Below, one piece after another: positions 9,429-20,113 of a DNA stretch of 64,000 nucleotides (positions within the stretch are counted from its first letter, which is position 1; each line of letters starts with the position of its first letter). The notes under the pieces are model-generated. The model was given only the letters and a program-made list of their open reading frames with translations. It made no database searches and was not told the DNA's origin. A program made the position numbers and the translations under genes. Source of the DNA: an uncultured delta proteobacterium (GTDB taxonomy: Bacteria > Desulfobacterota > Binatia > UBA9968); contig CAVTUQ010000003.1 in the NCBI GenBank assembly GCA_963737905.1, positions 1 to 64,000 on the forward strand, read 5' to 3'.

Positions 9429-10322
9429 ATGTTCGGAGCCGAAACCCTAGACCATGTCGCCTTTCCGGTGCGCGACTTGCCGCGTGCGGAGAAATTCTAC
9501 TTGGAAGTCGTCGGCCTCACTTTCCTGACGCAACGCAAGAACGCAGATGGCTCCCCGCGGCATACCTATGTCAAAGCCGGTGAAAATATTATCGGCCTGA
9601 ATCTGCCCGGCATTCAAACCGAGCCATCGCCCAGCGGCGCCCCGCGTTATGCAGTTGCCATCGGCTCAGAGACGAATTTTCACGCTGCTATCGAGCGCAT
9701 TCAACGATCCGGCGTCGTCTGTGGCGAAATCCGCGAGCATTCATGCCCTTCACCGTTCTTGCGTTCTTTTCGCTTCACCGATTTTGACAACAACCAGATG
9801 GAAATCTGCATGAACCGCGATTCGCTGGGCGAGATCTGCATCAGTCACGTGGTCTTGGAAACAATCGACTTGGATCGCACAAAGCGATTCTATTCCGAGG
9901 CACTCGGCCTTAAACCCATAGGCGAAGAGCACGACGAAGCCCTTTTCGAGTTTCCCAATCACCAGTTGCTCGGCGTTAAGCCGGTGGCAGCGTTGTCGGA
10001 CCGAACCAAACGGCATGGCCGCGCGGTGCACGTCGCCTTCAACGTCAGCCAGGACGATTTTGATCGTATGTTGGGATTGATTCCTCTCCTGGGTGGCGCG
10101 AACCAAGGCGACTCGCGGGCCGAAGACGGACTCCGCGCTCCGGGAGAACGAAGCATTTATTTCTCCGACCCGGACACCAACAAACTGCAGATCACCGCTC
10201 ACGGCGAACAGGACTGGTCGCTGATTTCCAACGAAGAGAAATGGAAGCGAATCATCGAGAACCGCCAGAAATTCGGACGCGGTATCTCCCGCTTCGACCG
10301 CGGCGTAAAACCCAATCAATGA
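9429..10322 (+). CDS. Two-domain VOC (glyoxalase/extradiol dioxygenase fold) protein
   Basis: LDHVAFPVRDL..FY, ISHVVLET.DL..FY, HVAF, YFSDPD.N; GGAGG RBS. Confidence 0.85.
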   Translation: MFGAETLDHVAFPVRDLPRAEKFYLEVVGLTFLTQRKNADGSPRHTYVKAGENIIGLNLPGIQTEPSPSGAPRYAVAIGSETNFHAAIERIQRSGVVCGEIREHSCPSPFLRSFRFTDFDNNQMEICMNRDSLGEICISHVVLETIDLDRTKRFYSEALGLKPIGEEHDEALFEFPNHQLLGVKPVAALSDRTKRHGRAVHVAFNVSQDDFDRMLGLIPLLGGANQGDSRAEDGLRAPGERSIYFSDPDTNKLQITAHGEQDWSLISNEEKWKRIIENRQKFGRGISRFDRGVKPNQ

Positions 10323-11839
10323 GAATTCGGATCAATTCGGCGACGACTGAATTGTAAAAGAACGATTGCAACCGCGATCCACGTGACTCCCCAAGCGAAC
10401 CAATCGCCCAAACGCACGTAAAACGTTTCCCCGTCTAAAATTTCAAGCTGGGTCTTCAGCACCGCCGGCATAAAGATCGGCAGCGTCTCGACCATTTCTC
10501 CTTTGGCATTGATGAAACTAGTCACGCCGGTATTGGTCACGCGCAGCAAGCTGCGCCGGGTTTCGATGGCGCGCCATTGCGCGAGGCGTGCATGTTGCCA
10601 GGGCGCCACCGTTTTTCCATACCAGGCATCATTGGTTAAGTTGACTAGCAGGTTGGCTTTCTTTTCGCGAACAAAGCTCCGAGACAATTCCGGTATGAGA
10701 TCCTCATAACAAATCAGCGGCGCGATTCGCTCTCCGCCGGGCAAGTCAAACGTACGCGGGCCGTCGCCGGCGGTAAAGCCTTCTACGAATGGCATGCCAG
10801 GCAATAATCCAAGCAGGCCTGAAAACGGAATATACTCGCCGAACGCGAGCAGCACCTGTTTGTGGTACCGCCCCAAGACAACTCCCCGCGGGTCGGTCAG
10901 AAAAGCAGTATTGAATGCTTTTGGAGCGGGTCCTTTGGGGCTTCCGCGATAACTCCTTGCGCCAAAGATGAAGTACGCATTTTTCAGCCGAAGCGATTCC
11001 ACAAATTCGGCTGGCAACGCAGAGAGATCGTCCGGCAGCCATTCCTCGATGGCTGATTCTGGCCACAGGATCAATTGAACGCCGCTAATTCCTTGGGTGA
11101 GTTTGACATGGGCGTCCAGATTTGAATTCATCTGTTTCGGGTCCCATTTCATGCCCACGTCGATGTTCGCTTGCACCGAGGCAACGGTTAATTTGGCCGC
11201 CGTATTCATTTGTGCCGTAAGTTGATTGACTCTCACGAAACCATAGATCAGAGAGGCAAGGATACAGGCCGCACAAACCGTTGCCGGCATCCACTGAGTC
11301 TCCGCACCTCTTGCTGTTTTCAACACCACGCCTGCAACGACCGTGTTGAACCACATGAGCAGGAAACTCGTGCCGTAGGGCCCGGAGAGATCGGCTGTTT
11401 GAATGAACCAGGAAAAGGAACTTTGGGTGTTCGCCAGGTGCCACGGAAACAAGAGCGGAAATAAAAATTCTACAAAAACCCAAAAAAACGCAGGAAAAAC
11501 TTGCCAGGGTCCGAACCCCACACCGCGCACGAGCAAAGCAAAGATTGCCATCTGGAGTCCCTGAAGGGCGGCGTAGAAGAGAAATACGATCGTGCTGATG
11601 GGATACGAAAATCCGCCGAACACGGTGATGGTGTAAACGAGCCAGTGAAAGCCCACCAGGTGCGCAACGAAGCCCGCGAGCCAGCCGCAGAATACCGCGG
11701 TGCGCAGACTTTTCGCACGGTCAATCGTCCAGAAGAGCGGCACAAAAGCTACCCAAGCTGCAGGAAACAAAATCGGCGTGAGGAAAGGGGCTGCTAACAA
11801 AATGGCGGATAACAGAGACCCGAAAATAATCCTTGACAT
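10316..11839 (-). CDS. lnt: Apolipoprotein N-acyltransferase
   Basis: WPES, K..L.AFGEYIP, ICYE, NLTNDAW, RAIETRR, NTG motifs; N-terminal TM region. Confidence 0.95.
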   Translation of the reverse strand: MSRIIFGSLLSAILLAAPFLTPILFPAAWVAFVPLFWTIDRAKSLRTAVFCGWLAGFVAHLVGFHWLVYTITVFGGFSYPISTIVFLFYAALQGLQMAIFALLVRGVGFGPWQVFPAFFWVFVEFLFPLLFPWHLANTQSSFSWFIQTADLSGPYGTSFLLMWFNTVVAGVVLKTARGAETQWMPATVCAACILASLIYGFVRVNQLTAQMNTAAKLTVASVQANIDVGMKWDPKQMNSNLDAHVKLTQGISGVQLILWPESAIEEWLPDDLSALPAEFVESLRLKNAYFIFGARSYRGSPKGPAPKAFNTAFLTDPRGVVLGRYHKQVLLAFGEYIPFSGLLGLLPGMPFVEGFTAGDGPRTFDLPGGERIAPLICYEDLIPELSRSFVREKKANLLVNLTNDAWYGKTVAPWQHARLAQWRAIETRRSLLRVTNTGVTSFINAKGEMVETLPIFMPAVLKTQLEILDGETFYVRLGDWFAWGVTWIAVAIVLLQFSRRRIDPNSH

Positions 11840-11959
11840 ACCAATTGTTTAAGTATAAACGAATTTTCTGTTGAAACTCTCGCCAACGGAGCGGAAGACA
11901 GCAATTCTAAAGAAGTATCACGAACCAAACGCAAAAATACATAGCTGGGCGAACACTCC

Positions 11960-13669
11960 ATGGAGAACCGCATGAGAAAAAAACACCACAAGATTTTCTT
12001 CTCGATTGCTGATGTTGTGTTGATGGCTTTGTTTTCGGTTCCTGCGTCAGCAGACTCCATCCTTGGCGAGGAGTGGGAAAAATTCTTTAAAGAAAAGGTC
12101 TCGTTTGGTGGATTCGTTGAAAACACCAGCGGGGTATCGGTCAGCCACGGGAGCCATTTTTTTAACACGTCGAACCGTTTCGTCATGAACCGGTTTACCA
12201 TTCAGCCTGAATTCAACGTCGACATGGCCGAGTGGGCGAAATTCTTTATTTCATGGCGCTTCGTTGCCGAACCTCGCTACAGTATGGAGACGAAAAGCCG
12301 CGAGGCAAGCGTTACCTACTTTCCTTCCCAGCCGGTCAGACCGTTAACATTCACCTACTATGATGAGTACAGTCCAGTACCCTGGGAAGCGGTTTTGGAC
12401 GTTTCCCCCACGGACCAGTTGAAATTAAGGCTCGGCAGGCAATTTATTTCCTGGGGAGAAACCGACGGCATACGGTTGCTCGATCTCATTAACCCGCAAA
12501 ATCTCCGGTTTTCCCCGCCCGCGGCGCCCAATCTATTCAATCTCGATGAGTCCCGAATTCCTTCCTGGGGCTTGAGAATGCTCTACACGGTCCGACCTGT
12601 AAGCAACACCATATTTGAGTTCTTCGCGCTTCCCGGCTCTCTAGATTTTCCGGAGGAAAGAGTCGATACATTTATGGGCACCAACGATACCGGGGATCGC
12701 AAAGTCAGATTCGGAAGATGGTCCGCTCATCCTGAAACCCGATTGATGATTGGCGGGCGAAACGCTTTCGGCAATTTGTACGCCAATCCTCTCAATCCGG
12801 GCGCCTGTGCCGGCCTCGGCTGCCTGGTCATTCCCAGTACACGCAGGGAACTGCCGGGCGCGGGGGATAGTTGGAAGATCGGTGCGCGGATCACCCACAG
12901 CATCGGAAAACTCAACTTCGGCCTGGGTTATATCTGGGGCTTCAACCCGCAGGCAACCGACATGGTCTTCAAGGTCACCGGTGTCGGCTGCTCCGCCCCC
13001 GCTGTAGGGGCGTGTCTGGCAGGCCAGGCCCCAAGCGTAGTAAATATGAAACTGGTTAACGATCGCACGAACATCTTCGCCGGCCATTTTAACTACACGG
13101 TCGACCAACTCGCTTCTATCCCGGTAAATACGGCGATCAGAGGCGAAATAGCCCTTTACCCCTCCGAGCCGTATAATATCTCCCTGTACCCTGGACGTTT
13201 TGGTCTCAAGGCCAGCGCCAATCCGAAATACCCGGACGGCATCGTTGAAAAAAATACCCTGCGGTACGCTTTGGGATTCGATCGGACTACGTTAATACCC
13301 TTCCTGCAAGACGACCCTTGGCGTCCTTTCAGAATGTCCTTTCAAATTTTTCAGCGCATCATTTTTGATCACGAGGATGGTATACATCCGTTTGGCAGCG
13401 CGCAAAAAATACCAAAAGTCACCACCAATTTCACCTTCAGAGTCAGCACCGGATATTTGGGCGATACCATCTTGCCCGACGTATTTTTGAGCTACGACCC
13501 CTCTGGCTACTGGAGTGCCAATCCCGCGGTGACCTATGCGCCACCCTGGAATGAAAAAATTGCGCTAAGCTTGATCGGCGCCTTCTACGGCGGCCATAAT
13601 AAATTCGCTAATCTTGGGCTTTTCTCTGAGAAAGATTCGATATTCCTCAAGATGCGGTATCAATTCTAA
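11960..13669 (+). CDS. DUF1302-like outer membrane beta-barrel protein
   Basis: Signal peptide; LRLGRQFISWGETDG..LLD.INP; C-terminal YQF; context with DUF1329/YCF48/MMPL. Confidence 0.75.
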   Translation: MENRMRKKHHKIFFSIADVVLMALFSVPASADSILGEEWEKFFKEKVSFGGFVENTSGVSVSHGSHFFNTSNRFVMNRFTIQPEFNVDMAEWAKFFISWRFVAEPRYSMETKSREASVTYFPSQPVRPLTFTYYDEYSPVPWEAVLDVSPTDQLKLRLGRQFISWGETDGIRLLDLINPQNLRFSPPAAPNLFNLDESRIPSWGLRMLYTVRPVSNTIFEFFALPGSLDFPEERVDTFMGTNDTGDRKVRFGRWSAHPETRLMIGGRNAFGNLYANPLNPGACAGLGCLVIPSTRRELPGAGDSWKIGARITHSIGKLNFGLGYIWGFNPQATDMVFKVTGVGCSAPAVGACLAGQAPSVVNMKLVNDRTNIFAGHFNYTVDQLASIPVNTAIRGEIALYPSEPYNISLYPGRFGLKASANPKYPDGIVEKNTLRYALGFDRTTLIPFLQDDPWRPFRMSFQIFQRIIFDHEDGIHPFGSAQKIPKVTTNFTFRVSTGYLGDTILPDVFLSYDPSGYWSANPAVTYAPPWNEKIALSLIGAFYGGHNKFANLGLFSEKDSIFLKMRYQF

Positions 13670-13695
13670 AGCTGGATTTTCGGAGGTTCAAACTG

Positions 13696-14949
13696 ATGAA
13701 GTTACCGGTTCAAGCTCTACCTTGGCTCAAGTCGCCAACCGCTGCGTTGTCAGTCATTCTCTACGGCTGCTCGCTTCTTGGGTTCGCATCCGGTGCAACC
13801 GCAGCGGAAGCCGATCTCAAAGTGGGAGAAACCATTGGACCGCAGAATTGGCAAAAGATTCAGGGTATGGTCGGCGAGAATCTGCTAAGCCGCATCAAGG
13901 CCGGTTATACCCTTCAGATCAAAGCCCCGAAGGTCTACCGGCCCCTCAAAGAATACGTCGAGGCCACCGAGAAATATTCCGGCAAAGTCGGCCTCGGTTC
14001 CAATGGCGAACTGCTCAATTACGTCGCCGGACAACCGTTTCCAAAGCTCGATCCAAGCGACCCGCAGATCGGCCAGAAACTGGCCTGGAATTTTTTCTAT
14101 CGCTGGCTGGGCGACGACTACAAAACCGGCGGAGCGGTAAAGGGCGGAAAAATCCTACGCGTTGCGATCGAGAAGGACGGTTCCGAGCGTCGCGCGGATC
14201 TTATTTCTTACTTTCTTTTTCCGAGCACGCGCTACACGTTGAATCCTAAACCCGCGATACCGGGTTATGAGCATATCGACTATATTCAACTGCGCGTCGA
14301 TAGCTATCCACGGGACGCCTCCGGCACAACGACCCTGGAAATTCGCTATAAGGATCCGAACCGAGCGGACGATCTGCATATCTACCTTCCCAGCATTCGT
14401 AGAATCCGCCGCGCCACCACGACTCAGAGATGCCAAACCCTGGCTCCGAGCGAGTTCACTTTAGACGACATCAACAGCTTTAACGGGAAAATTACCAACT
14501 TCAATTACAACTACCTCGGTGACAAGAAAATCCTGGCCAACATCAGCCAGGAGCATTTACCTTTTGCTCGCAAGCAGGGCGATTACTTACCCCTGGACGA
14601 AAAGTGGGAAGTCGTGGATACCTACGTTCTCGAGATCACGCCCAAAGATCCAAGCTACTGCTATCCAAGAAAACTGCTGCACCTCAACAAGGCCACTTTT
14701 GATACTCACTGGACTTTGATGTGGGACCAAAAAGGAGAATACTGGAAAGAACAGTTCGGCTTCTTTACTCCGGTAAAACTCGCCGACGGACGCGAGGTCT
14801 GGTCCGTAGGGGACGTCGTGATCGTCAATGTCCAAAACGGTCGATCTACCATAGTGACCGCGACGCGCGCCTATAACCAAGGTTATCCCGCAAGCATGTT
14901 CAGCCTCGCGACCTTGCAAAGCGTCATGCGCGGGGGATCGATCGAGTAG
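13696..14949 (+). CDS. DUF1329-family periplasmic (LolA-like) protein
   Basis: IGPQNW, YVAGQPFP, AWNF, YLPSIRRIRR, DDINSFNG, DQKGEYWK. Confidence 0.85.
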   Translation: MKLPVQALPWLKSPTAALSVILYGCSLLGFASGATAAEADLKVGETIGPQNWQKIQGMVGENLLSRIKAGYTLQIKAPKVYRPLKEYVEATEKYSGKVGLGSNGELLNYVAGQPFPKLDPSDPQIGQKLAWNFFYRWLGDDYKTGGAVKGGKILRVAIEKDGSERRADLISYFLFPSTRYTLNPKPAIPGYEHIDYIQLRVDSYPRDASGTTTLEIRYKDPNRADDLHIYLPSIRRIRRATTTQRCQTLAPSEFTLDDINSFNGKITNFNYNYLGDKKILANISQEHLPFARKQGDYLPLDEKWEVVDTYVLEITPKDPSYCYPRKLLHLNKATFDTHWTLMWDQKGEYWKEQFGFFTPVKLADGREVWSVGDVVIVNVQNGRSTIVTATRAYNQGYPASMFSLATLQSVMRGGSIE

Positions 14950-14979
14950 CGGGAAAGGGAAGCCGTAGCGCGCTCTTTC

Positions 14980-16026
14980 TTGAGCCACGCTTCAACCCGG
15001 TTCATGCGCTTTGTCTTTTCCTGCCTCGCGGGACTGATCCTCGGTTTGGCCCCGCCGGTGTTTTCTTCACGCGCCGCCACCCTGGCGAAAGAGCCCGCGC
15101 TGCAAGAAAACTTCTACGGAGTTCAAATCCTCGACAGTCGAGTCTGGGTCGTCGGTTACTACGGGACGATCCTGCACTCCAAGGATCGCGGCCTAACTTG
15201 GGAAATCCAGCAGAGCCCCACGCCCAGCGCTCTGTTCCAAGTCCGGTTTCTAAGCGGAGACAAGGGTTGGATCTCCGGCAGCTACGGCACCGTGCTCCAC
15301 ACCACGGACGGGGGTCAAAATTGGATCGCACAGCCGACTGGGACAACGGAACATCTTTTTGGTCTCACCTTCGTAAACGAGCAAATGGGTTGGGCTGTCG
15401 GGAGTCGCGGAACCATACTTCAAACGCGCGACGGCGGCCGTTCATGGATTAATTTATCGCTATCGGAAGACCTTACTTTCAGTAGCGTGGCGTTTGTCAA
15501 TTCAGCTAGAGGCTGGATCGTCGGCGAGTTTGGAGTCATCTTCCAGACCCAAGACGGCGGCAAGAACTGGATCAAGCAAAAGAGCCCCGTGGAGGTCTCT
15601 TTCGTAAGCGGCGAAAGTGGCAACCTCTTCGCCCTGCTCTTCCCTACGCCGGAGAAGGGTTGGGCCTTTGGTCTCGACGGTGTCGTTCTCAAAACCCTCG
15701 GCGGATCATCTTGGAAAATTATGCGACAGAAGGAAAAAACCAGCAGCTCCCCCGGCGCTAATCATCTGTTTGCCGCGGCCGCATTTGATGGTCATCTATG
15801 GGCCGTGGGGGAGCGAGGAACTCTCCTTCAATCCGATTCGGAGGGCGAGAGCTGGCGGCAAGCCAAGACGGAAACTCCCCGTGTCAGTTTGAATGGAATC
15901 GCCTTTGGAAAAAATGGCTTGGGTCTGATCGTCGGCAACCGGGGAGTCCTTTTGCGCACTGAAGACGGGGGAACGACTTGGAATCGGCTCAATGTCATGC
16001 TCCAGCGGTCAAGCCGAATTCCATGA
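14980..16026 (+). CDS. YCF48-related BNR-repeat beta-propeller protein
   Basis: Repeated GW.VG..G.IL.T.DGG..W units. Confidence 0.9.
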   Translation: MSHASTRFMRFVFSCLAGLILGLAPPVFSSRAATLAKEPALQENFYGVQILDSRVWVVGYYGTILHSKDRGLTWEIQQSPTPSALFQVRFLSGDKGWISGSYGTVLHTTDGGQNWIAQPTGTTEHLFGLTFVNEQMGWAVGSRGTILQTRDGGRSWINLSLSEDLTFSSVAFVNSARGWIVGEFGVIFQTQDGGKNWIKQKSPVEVSFVSGESGNLFALLFPTPEKGWAFGLDGVVLKTLGGSSWKIMRQKEKTSSSPGANHLFAAAAFDGHLWAVGERGTLLQSDSEGESWRQAKTETPRVSLNGIAFGKNGLGLIVGNRGVLLRTEDGGTTWNRLNVMLQRSSRIP

Positions 16027-18353
16027 GACGGATCGCAACTTTCATCGTTCAAAAACGCTGCTCCATTCTTTGGATCATCATCCTGGCAAGCTTGTTTTTC
16101 TCGTACTACGCCTTGAAAATCGAGATGTACACCTCCTTCTCGGATCTATTGCCACGGGATCACCCTTATATCCGGGTGCATAACGAGTTCGGGAAAATTT
16201 TTGGCGGCGCCAATGTCGTTCTTATTTCCGTTGAGGCGGCTGACGGTGACATCTTTAACCCGGCTGTTTTGGAGAAAGTGAAAAAACTCACGGATATCAT
16301 CGAGCGCACGCCGGGAGCCAACAATTACCAGATCTTTTCGATCGCGCGCCAGAAAGTGAAAGACGTTCGCGCAACCTCCTGGGGCATCGAGGTGCAGCCG
16401 GTCATGTGGCCCGAGGTTCCCCGTACGCCGGAGGAAATTGAGCGCCTGCGCAATATCGTCTATGCCAATCCCACCATCGTCAGACGATTGGTGTCTGAAG
16501 ACGGAAAGGCGGCCCTGATCGCCGCCGCCTTCCATGAAGAGCGGCTCGACTATGCCGCCTTGTTTCAGCGCATCCAGCAAGCGATCAAAGAAGTGGAAGA
16601 TGAAAAAACCCACATCTTCGCGGCCGGGGAGCCCATTCTCTATGGGTGGATTTATCACCATCTGCGCGAAATCGGAATGATCATCGCGCTTACGTGCCTC
16701 AGCATTCTTGCCTTGCTCGTGCTTTACTACCGCAATCTCAACGGGGTGCTGATTCCGATCATCTCCGCTGCGGTAACCTTTGTCTGGGGCACGGGCTTTA
16801 CCGCCTTGCTAGGTTACAATTTCGACCCGCTGATCCTGGTGGTACCCTTTCTAATCGCGGCACGGACCATCAGTCACTCCATACAGTTCCGAGAGAGATT
16901 CTTTGAGGAGTTGGAGCGATACGGCGACAAGGAGAAAGCGGCCATCGAGTCCGCCGCCGGCCTTATGATGCCGGCGAGCGTTTCCATTGTCACCGACGCA
17001 ATCGGTCTGACGGTTCTCCTGGTAGCCCCCATACCGATTCTCACTAAACTGGCTATTGCGGGAAGTTTCTGGGTGCTGAGCAATCTCGTGACAGTGGTCA
17101 TACTCGATCCGATTCTCTGCTGTTACTTCCCCGCACCGCGACATCTTCGCAAAGGAGGAGAAGGACATTGGCTGGAAACTCCGCTGCGACGCCTGGGGAG
17201 TTTTTGCGTCGGCCGCCTGGGGCGAGTGCTCGTCACAGTCTGTTTCGCCGGGATCGTCGTATGGAGTATCTACGGGTATCAGTTTTTGACCGTCGGCGAT
17301 TCCCGCCCGGGTTCACCGCTATTATGGCCTGATTCCAATTACAACCAGAGCGTGCGCCACATCAACGATAAATTTCAGGGCACCGACCATCTTTACGTTA
17401 TCGTCAAGGGAGAAGCGGAAAATACGATGAAGTCGCCTCAGGTGCTGGAGACCGTCGAGGCATTTCAGCGTTACATGCTGCGCTCGCCCCACATCGGCGG
17501 AACGGACTCACTCGTGGACCTGACGCGTCAAATCAATACGGTCTTACATAACAATGATCCCCGCTGGTCTCTGCTCCCGCGCTCGGCTGATGATGTGGGC
17601 GGCATTGTGATGGTGGCAGAGCACGGCAGCGAGCCGGGGGATTTCGACCGTTGGGTTAATTACAACTTTCAGCACGGCCGGGTGGCTTTTTTTCTTTACG
17701 ACCATAAGGGAGATACCCTCCGGGACGTGATCGGTCGCGCCACGGAATTTATTCATAGCCATCCGGTGCAGGGGGCCGAATTTAAGCTGGCCAGCGGCTA
17801 TGCCGGCGTGCTTGCGGCGGCCAACGAGGTCATCGCCGACTCCGACAAGCTCACTCTCGGTTTGATGCTCTTGGCCCAATTGGTTTTTTGCGCCATTGGA
17901 TTTCGCTCTTTGGTCGCCGGCGTTTTCTTCGTCGGGGTCGTCCTGCTGTCGAACACTTTCGGGATGGCGTTGATGGCTTACTGGAACGTGGGACTGAACG
18001 TCAACACCCTGCCGGTGATCAGTCTAGGCATCGGTTTCGGTGAAGACTATGGCATCTACATCGTCTCGCGCATTATTGAAGAGTACCGCCGTCGGACCCG
18101 CACCGATCTTCCTACAGCCGCGGTCGAAGGCATCGCCACCGCCGGCAAGGCGGTGCTGTACACCGCCGTCCTGGTTTCGGCGGGAATTGCGTTTTGGTCC
18201 TTGTCACCGCTCCGTTTTCAAGCCGAGATGGGTTATCAGCTTCTGATTATCCTGACGATGAATATGCTCGGTGGTTTGTTGCTGCTACCCGCCCTTATCG
18301 CCCTGTTAAAACCAAAATTCGTTTTGGGAGAAAATGAAAAGGGAGCACGTTAG
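16023..18353 (+). CDS. MMPL/RND-family transporter
   Basis: Two MMPL halves; ARTISHSIQ, GIGFGEDYGIY; ATGA overlap with the YCF48 stop. Confidence 0.9.
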   Translation: MRRIATFIVQKRCSILWIIILASLFFSYYALKIEMYTSFSDLLPRDHPYIRVHNEFGKIFGGANVVLISVEAADGDIFNPAVLEKVKKLTDIIERTPGANNYQIFSIARQKVKDVRATSWGIEVQPVMWPEVPRTPEEIERLRNIVYANPTIVRRLVSEDGKAALIAAAFHEERLDYAALFQRIQQAIKEVEDEKTHIFAAGEPILYGWIYHHLREIGMIIALTCLSILALLVLYYRNLNGVLIPIISAAVTFVWGTGFTALLGYNFDPLILVVPFLIAARTISHSIQFRERFFEELERYGDKEKAAIESAAGLMMPASVSIVTDAIGLTVLLVAPIPILTKLAIAGSFWVLSNLVTVVILDPILCCYFPAPRHLRKGGEGHWLETPLRRLGSFCVGRLGRVLVTVCFAGIVVWSIYGYQFLTVGDSRPGSPLLWPDSNYNQSVRHINDKFQGTDHLYVIVKGEAENTMKSPQVLETVEAFQRYMLRSPHIGGTDSLVDLTRQINTVLHNNDPRWSLLPRSADDVGGIVMVAEHGSEPGDFDRWVNYNFQHGRVAFFLYDHKGDTLRDVIGRATEFIHSHPVQGAEFKLASGYAGVLAAANEVIADSDKLTLGLMLLAQLVFCAIGFRSLVAGVFFVGVVLLSNTFGMALMAYWNVGLNVNTLPVISLGIGFGEDYGIYIVSRIIEEYRRRTRTDLPTAAVEGIATAGKAVLYTAVLVSAGIAFWSLSPLRFQAEMGYQLLIILTMNMLGGLLLLPALIALLKPKFVLGENEKGAR

Positions 18354-18356
18354 GGC

Positions 18357-18824
18357 TTACGGTCTCCCTGCCGGCAACGTGTCTTTGCCATCGAAAGGCG
18401 GGGAAAAAACCACAAAGGCGACCGCGGGTTCAGTGGCGGTATTAACAAAGTAGTGGACGGCGCCGCGAGGAATATAAACGATATCGCCGGCTGATAGATC
18501 GATGCGGCGATTCTCCAGCATCAGGTATCCTCGGCCCTTCATCATCACCACCGTGCCATCGTGAATCTTGTGAATGTGTGGCTCTTCCCGATCGCGGACC
18601 TGCACGAGGTGATGGCTCACGCCTTCTCCTTTGCCGAGAGTGGTTATCTTGATATTTTCGCCCGCGCCGAGCGGGTTCTCAGCCAACACTTTGTCGACTT
18701 CGGCTTGCTTGAACTCCGTGCCGTACTGGAGAGCCATCTGCGGTGCCGTGGAGCAGGCAAAAACGAGCGGCAAAATCAAAAATGCAAAAGCGCGGGCGCT
18801 AAATCTTCTTAATCTGATATCCAT
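18357..18824 (-). CDS. Cupin domain lipoprotein
   Basis: Lipobox-like LVFAC; PHIH...G and GDIVYIPRGAVH.F.N. Confidence 0.8.
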   Translation of the reverse strand: MDIRLRRFSARAFAFLILPLVFACSTAPQMALQYGTEFKQAEVDKVLAENPLGAGENIKITTLGKGEGVSHHLVQVRDREEPHIHKIHDGTVVMMKGRGYLMLENRRIDLSAGDIVYIPRGAVHYFVNTATEPAVAFVVFSPPFDGKDTLPAGRP

Positions 18825-19371
18825 AAACCAAATCTAGAAACTGAACGATGATTCTTGCCGTGGCGCCCCAGATATCCCAACCGTTGCAGTAGAAGTGATA
18901 AACCGGTTCGCCGTGGGACGAGAGACGATCGGCAATGACCACACAATCCGGCTCCAGCAAATTTGCTATGGGCACCGAAAACACCGCGTCGGTCTCCGCG
19001 GGATTCAAACGGAACTCATAAAACGGCGGGATCACTCCAACAAACGGTGTGACGACGAAATCACTGGCCGCCGTCACTTGATCCAGTCGCCCAAGCACTC
19101 GGACGTGGGAGGGATCGATGCCAATCTCTTCGTGGCTTTCCCGCAACGCTGCTTCCAGTTCACCGCGGTCCTCGGCATCCACCCGGCCTCCCGGGAAGGC
19201 CACTTGACCGCGATGATGATTGAGCTGCTCCGCCCTCTTGGTCAGCACGAGATGATCCCCATCGTCACGTTCCTGGATAGGCATTAAGACAGCAGCGAGC
19301 CTGTAATGATCACCGGCGAGATTCTTTGGCGATCGAGATTGCAGCACGTTGGCGATTTTATCGGCGACCAT
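18799..19371 (-). CDS. Nudix CoA pyrophosphatase (NudL-like)
   Basis: LTKRAEQL.HH.GQVAFPGG, ALRESHEEIG, IWGATA. Confidence 0.9.
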   Translation of the reverse strand: MVADKIANVLQSRSPKNLAGDHYRLAAVLMPIQERDDGDHLVLTKRAEQLNHHRGQVAFPGGRVDAEDRGELEAALRESHEEIGIDPSHVRVLGRLDQVTAASDFVVTPFVGVIPPFYEFRLNPAETDAVFSVPIANLLEPDCVVIADRLSSHGEPVYHFYCNGWDIWGATARIIVQFLDLVYGYQIKKI

Positions 19372-19454
19372 GGTCGAAAAAAGTTTGACCCACCCTCGAT
19401 CTGTGATATGAAACCTTTCCAATTTAACCAATTGCCCCTGGAAAGACCAGAACC

Positions 19455-20111
19455 GTGAAAGATCGCGACATTCACTCCGTCATTCGTATCTTGCGTCGGG
19501 AAGTTCCCAAATGGGAGACGCCCATTGTGACTTTAATGGCAGAAACCTACCAGAGCCCGTTCAGGGTTCTGGTTTCATGTATCCTCAGCCTCAGAACTCA
19601 GGACGCGACCACCGCACAGGCGTCGCATCGTTTGTTTGCTCTAGCCGACACCCCGCAGGCGATGTTGAAGTTGACGACTCAAAAAATTGCCAAGGTCATC
19701 TATCCCGTGGGCTTTTATCGGACAAAAGCGAAAGTGATCCGCGATGTGTGTCAGGTCATCATGCGCAATTACTCGGGCAGAGTCCCAGACGAGATCGATG
19801 AACTCTTAAAGCTCAAAGGTGTCGGGAGGAAAACCGCAAATCTGGTTGTCACCCTGGGCTTCCGCAAACCGGGTATTTGTGTGGACACCCATGTGCATCG
19901 AATCTCCAATCGTTGGGGCTACGTCAAAACGGCGACGCCGGAGAAAACCGAGTTCGCCCTCCGGGAGAAGCTCCCGAAGCAATACTGGATTGAATACAAC
20001 GATCTCCTGGTGAGCTTTGGCCAGCATCTCTGCCGGCCGATCTCACCCCTTTGCAGTCAGTGTCCCGTGGAAAGGTATTGCGCTAAAAACGGGGTTACGA
20101 TAAGCCGCTAA
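19455..20111 (+). CDS. nth: Endonuclease III
   Basis: HhH LKGVGRKTAN, VDTHVHRI, C-x6-C-x2-C-x5-C Fe-S motif. Confidence 0.93.
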   Translation: MKDRDIHSVIRILRREVPKWETPIVTLMAETYQSPFRVLVSCILSLRTQDATTAQASHRLFALADTPQAMLKLTTQKIAKVIYPVGFYRTKAKVIRDVCQVIMRNYSGRVPDEIDELLKLKGVGRKTANLVVTLGFRKPGICVDTHVHRISNRWGYVKTATPEKTEFALREKLPKQYWIEYNDLLVSFGQHLCRPISPLCSQCPVERYCAKNGVTISR

Positions 20112-20113
20112 CT

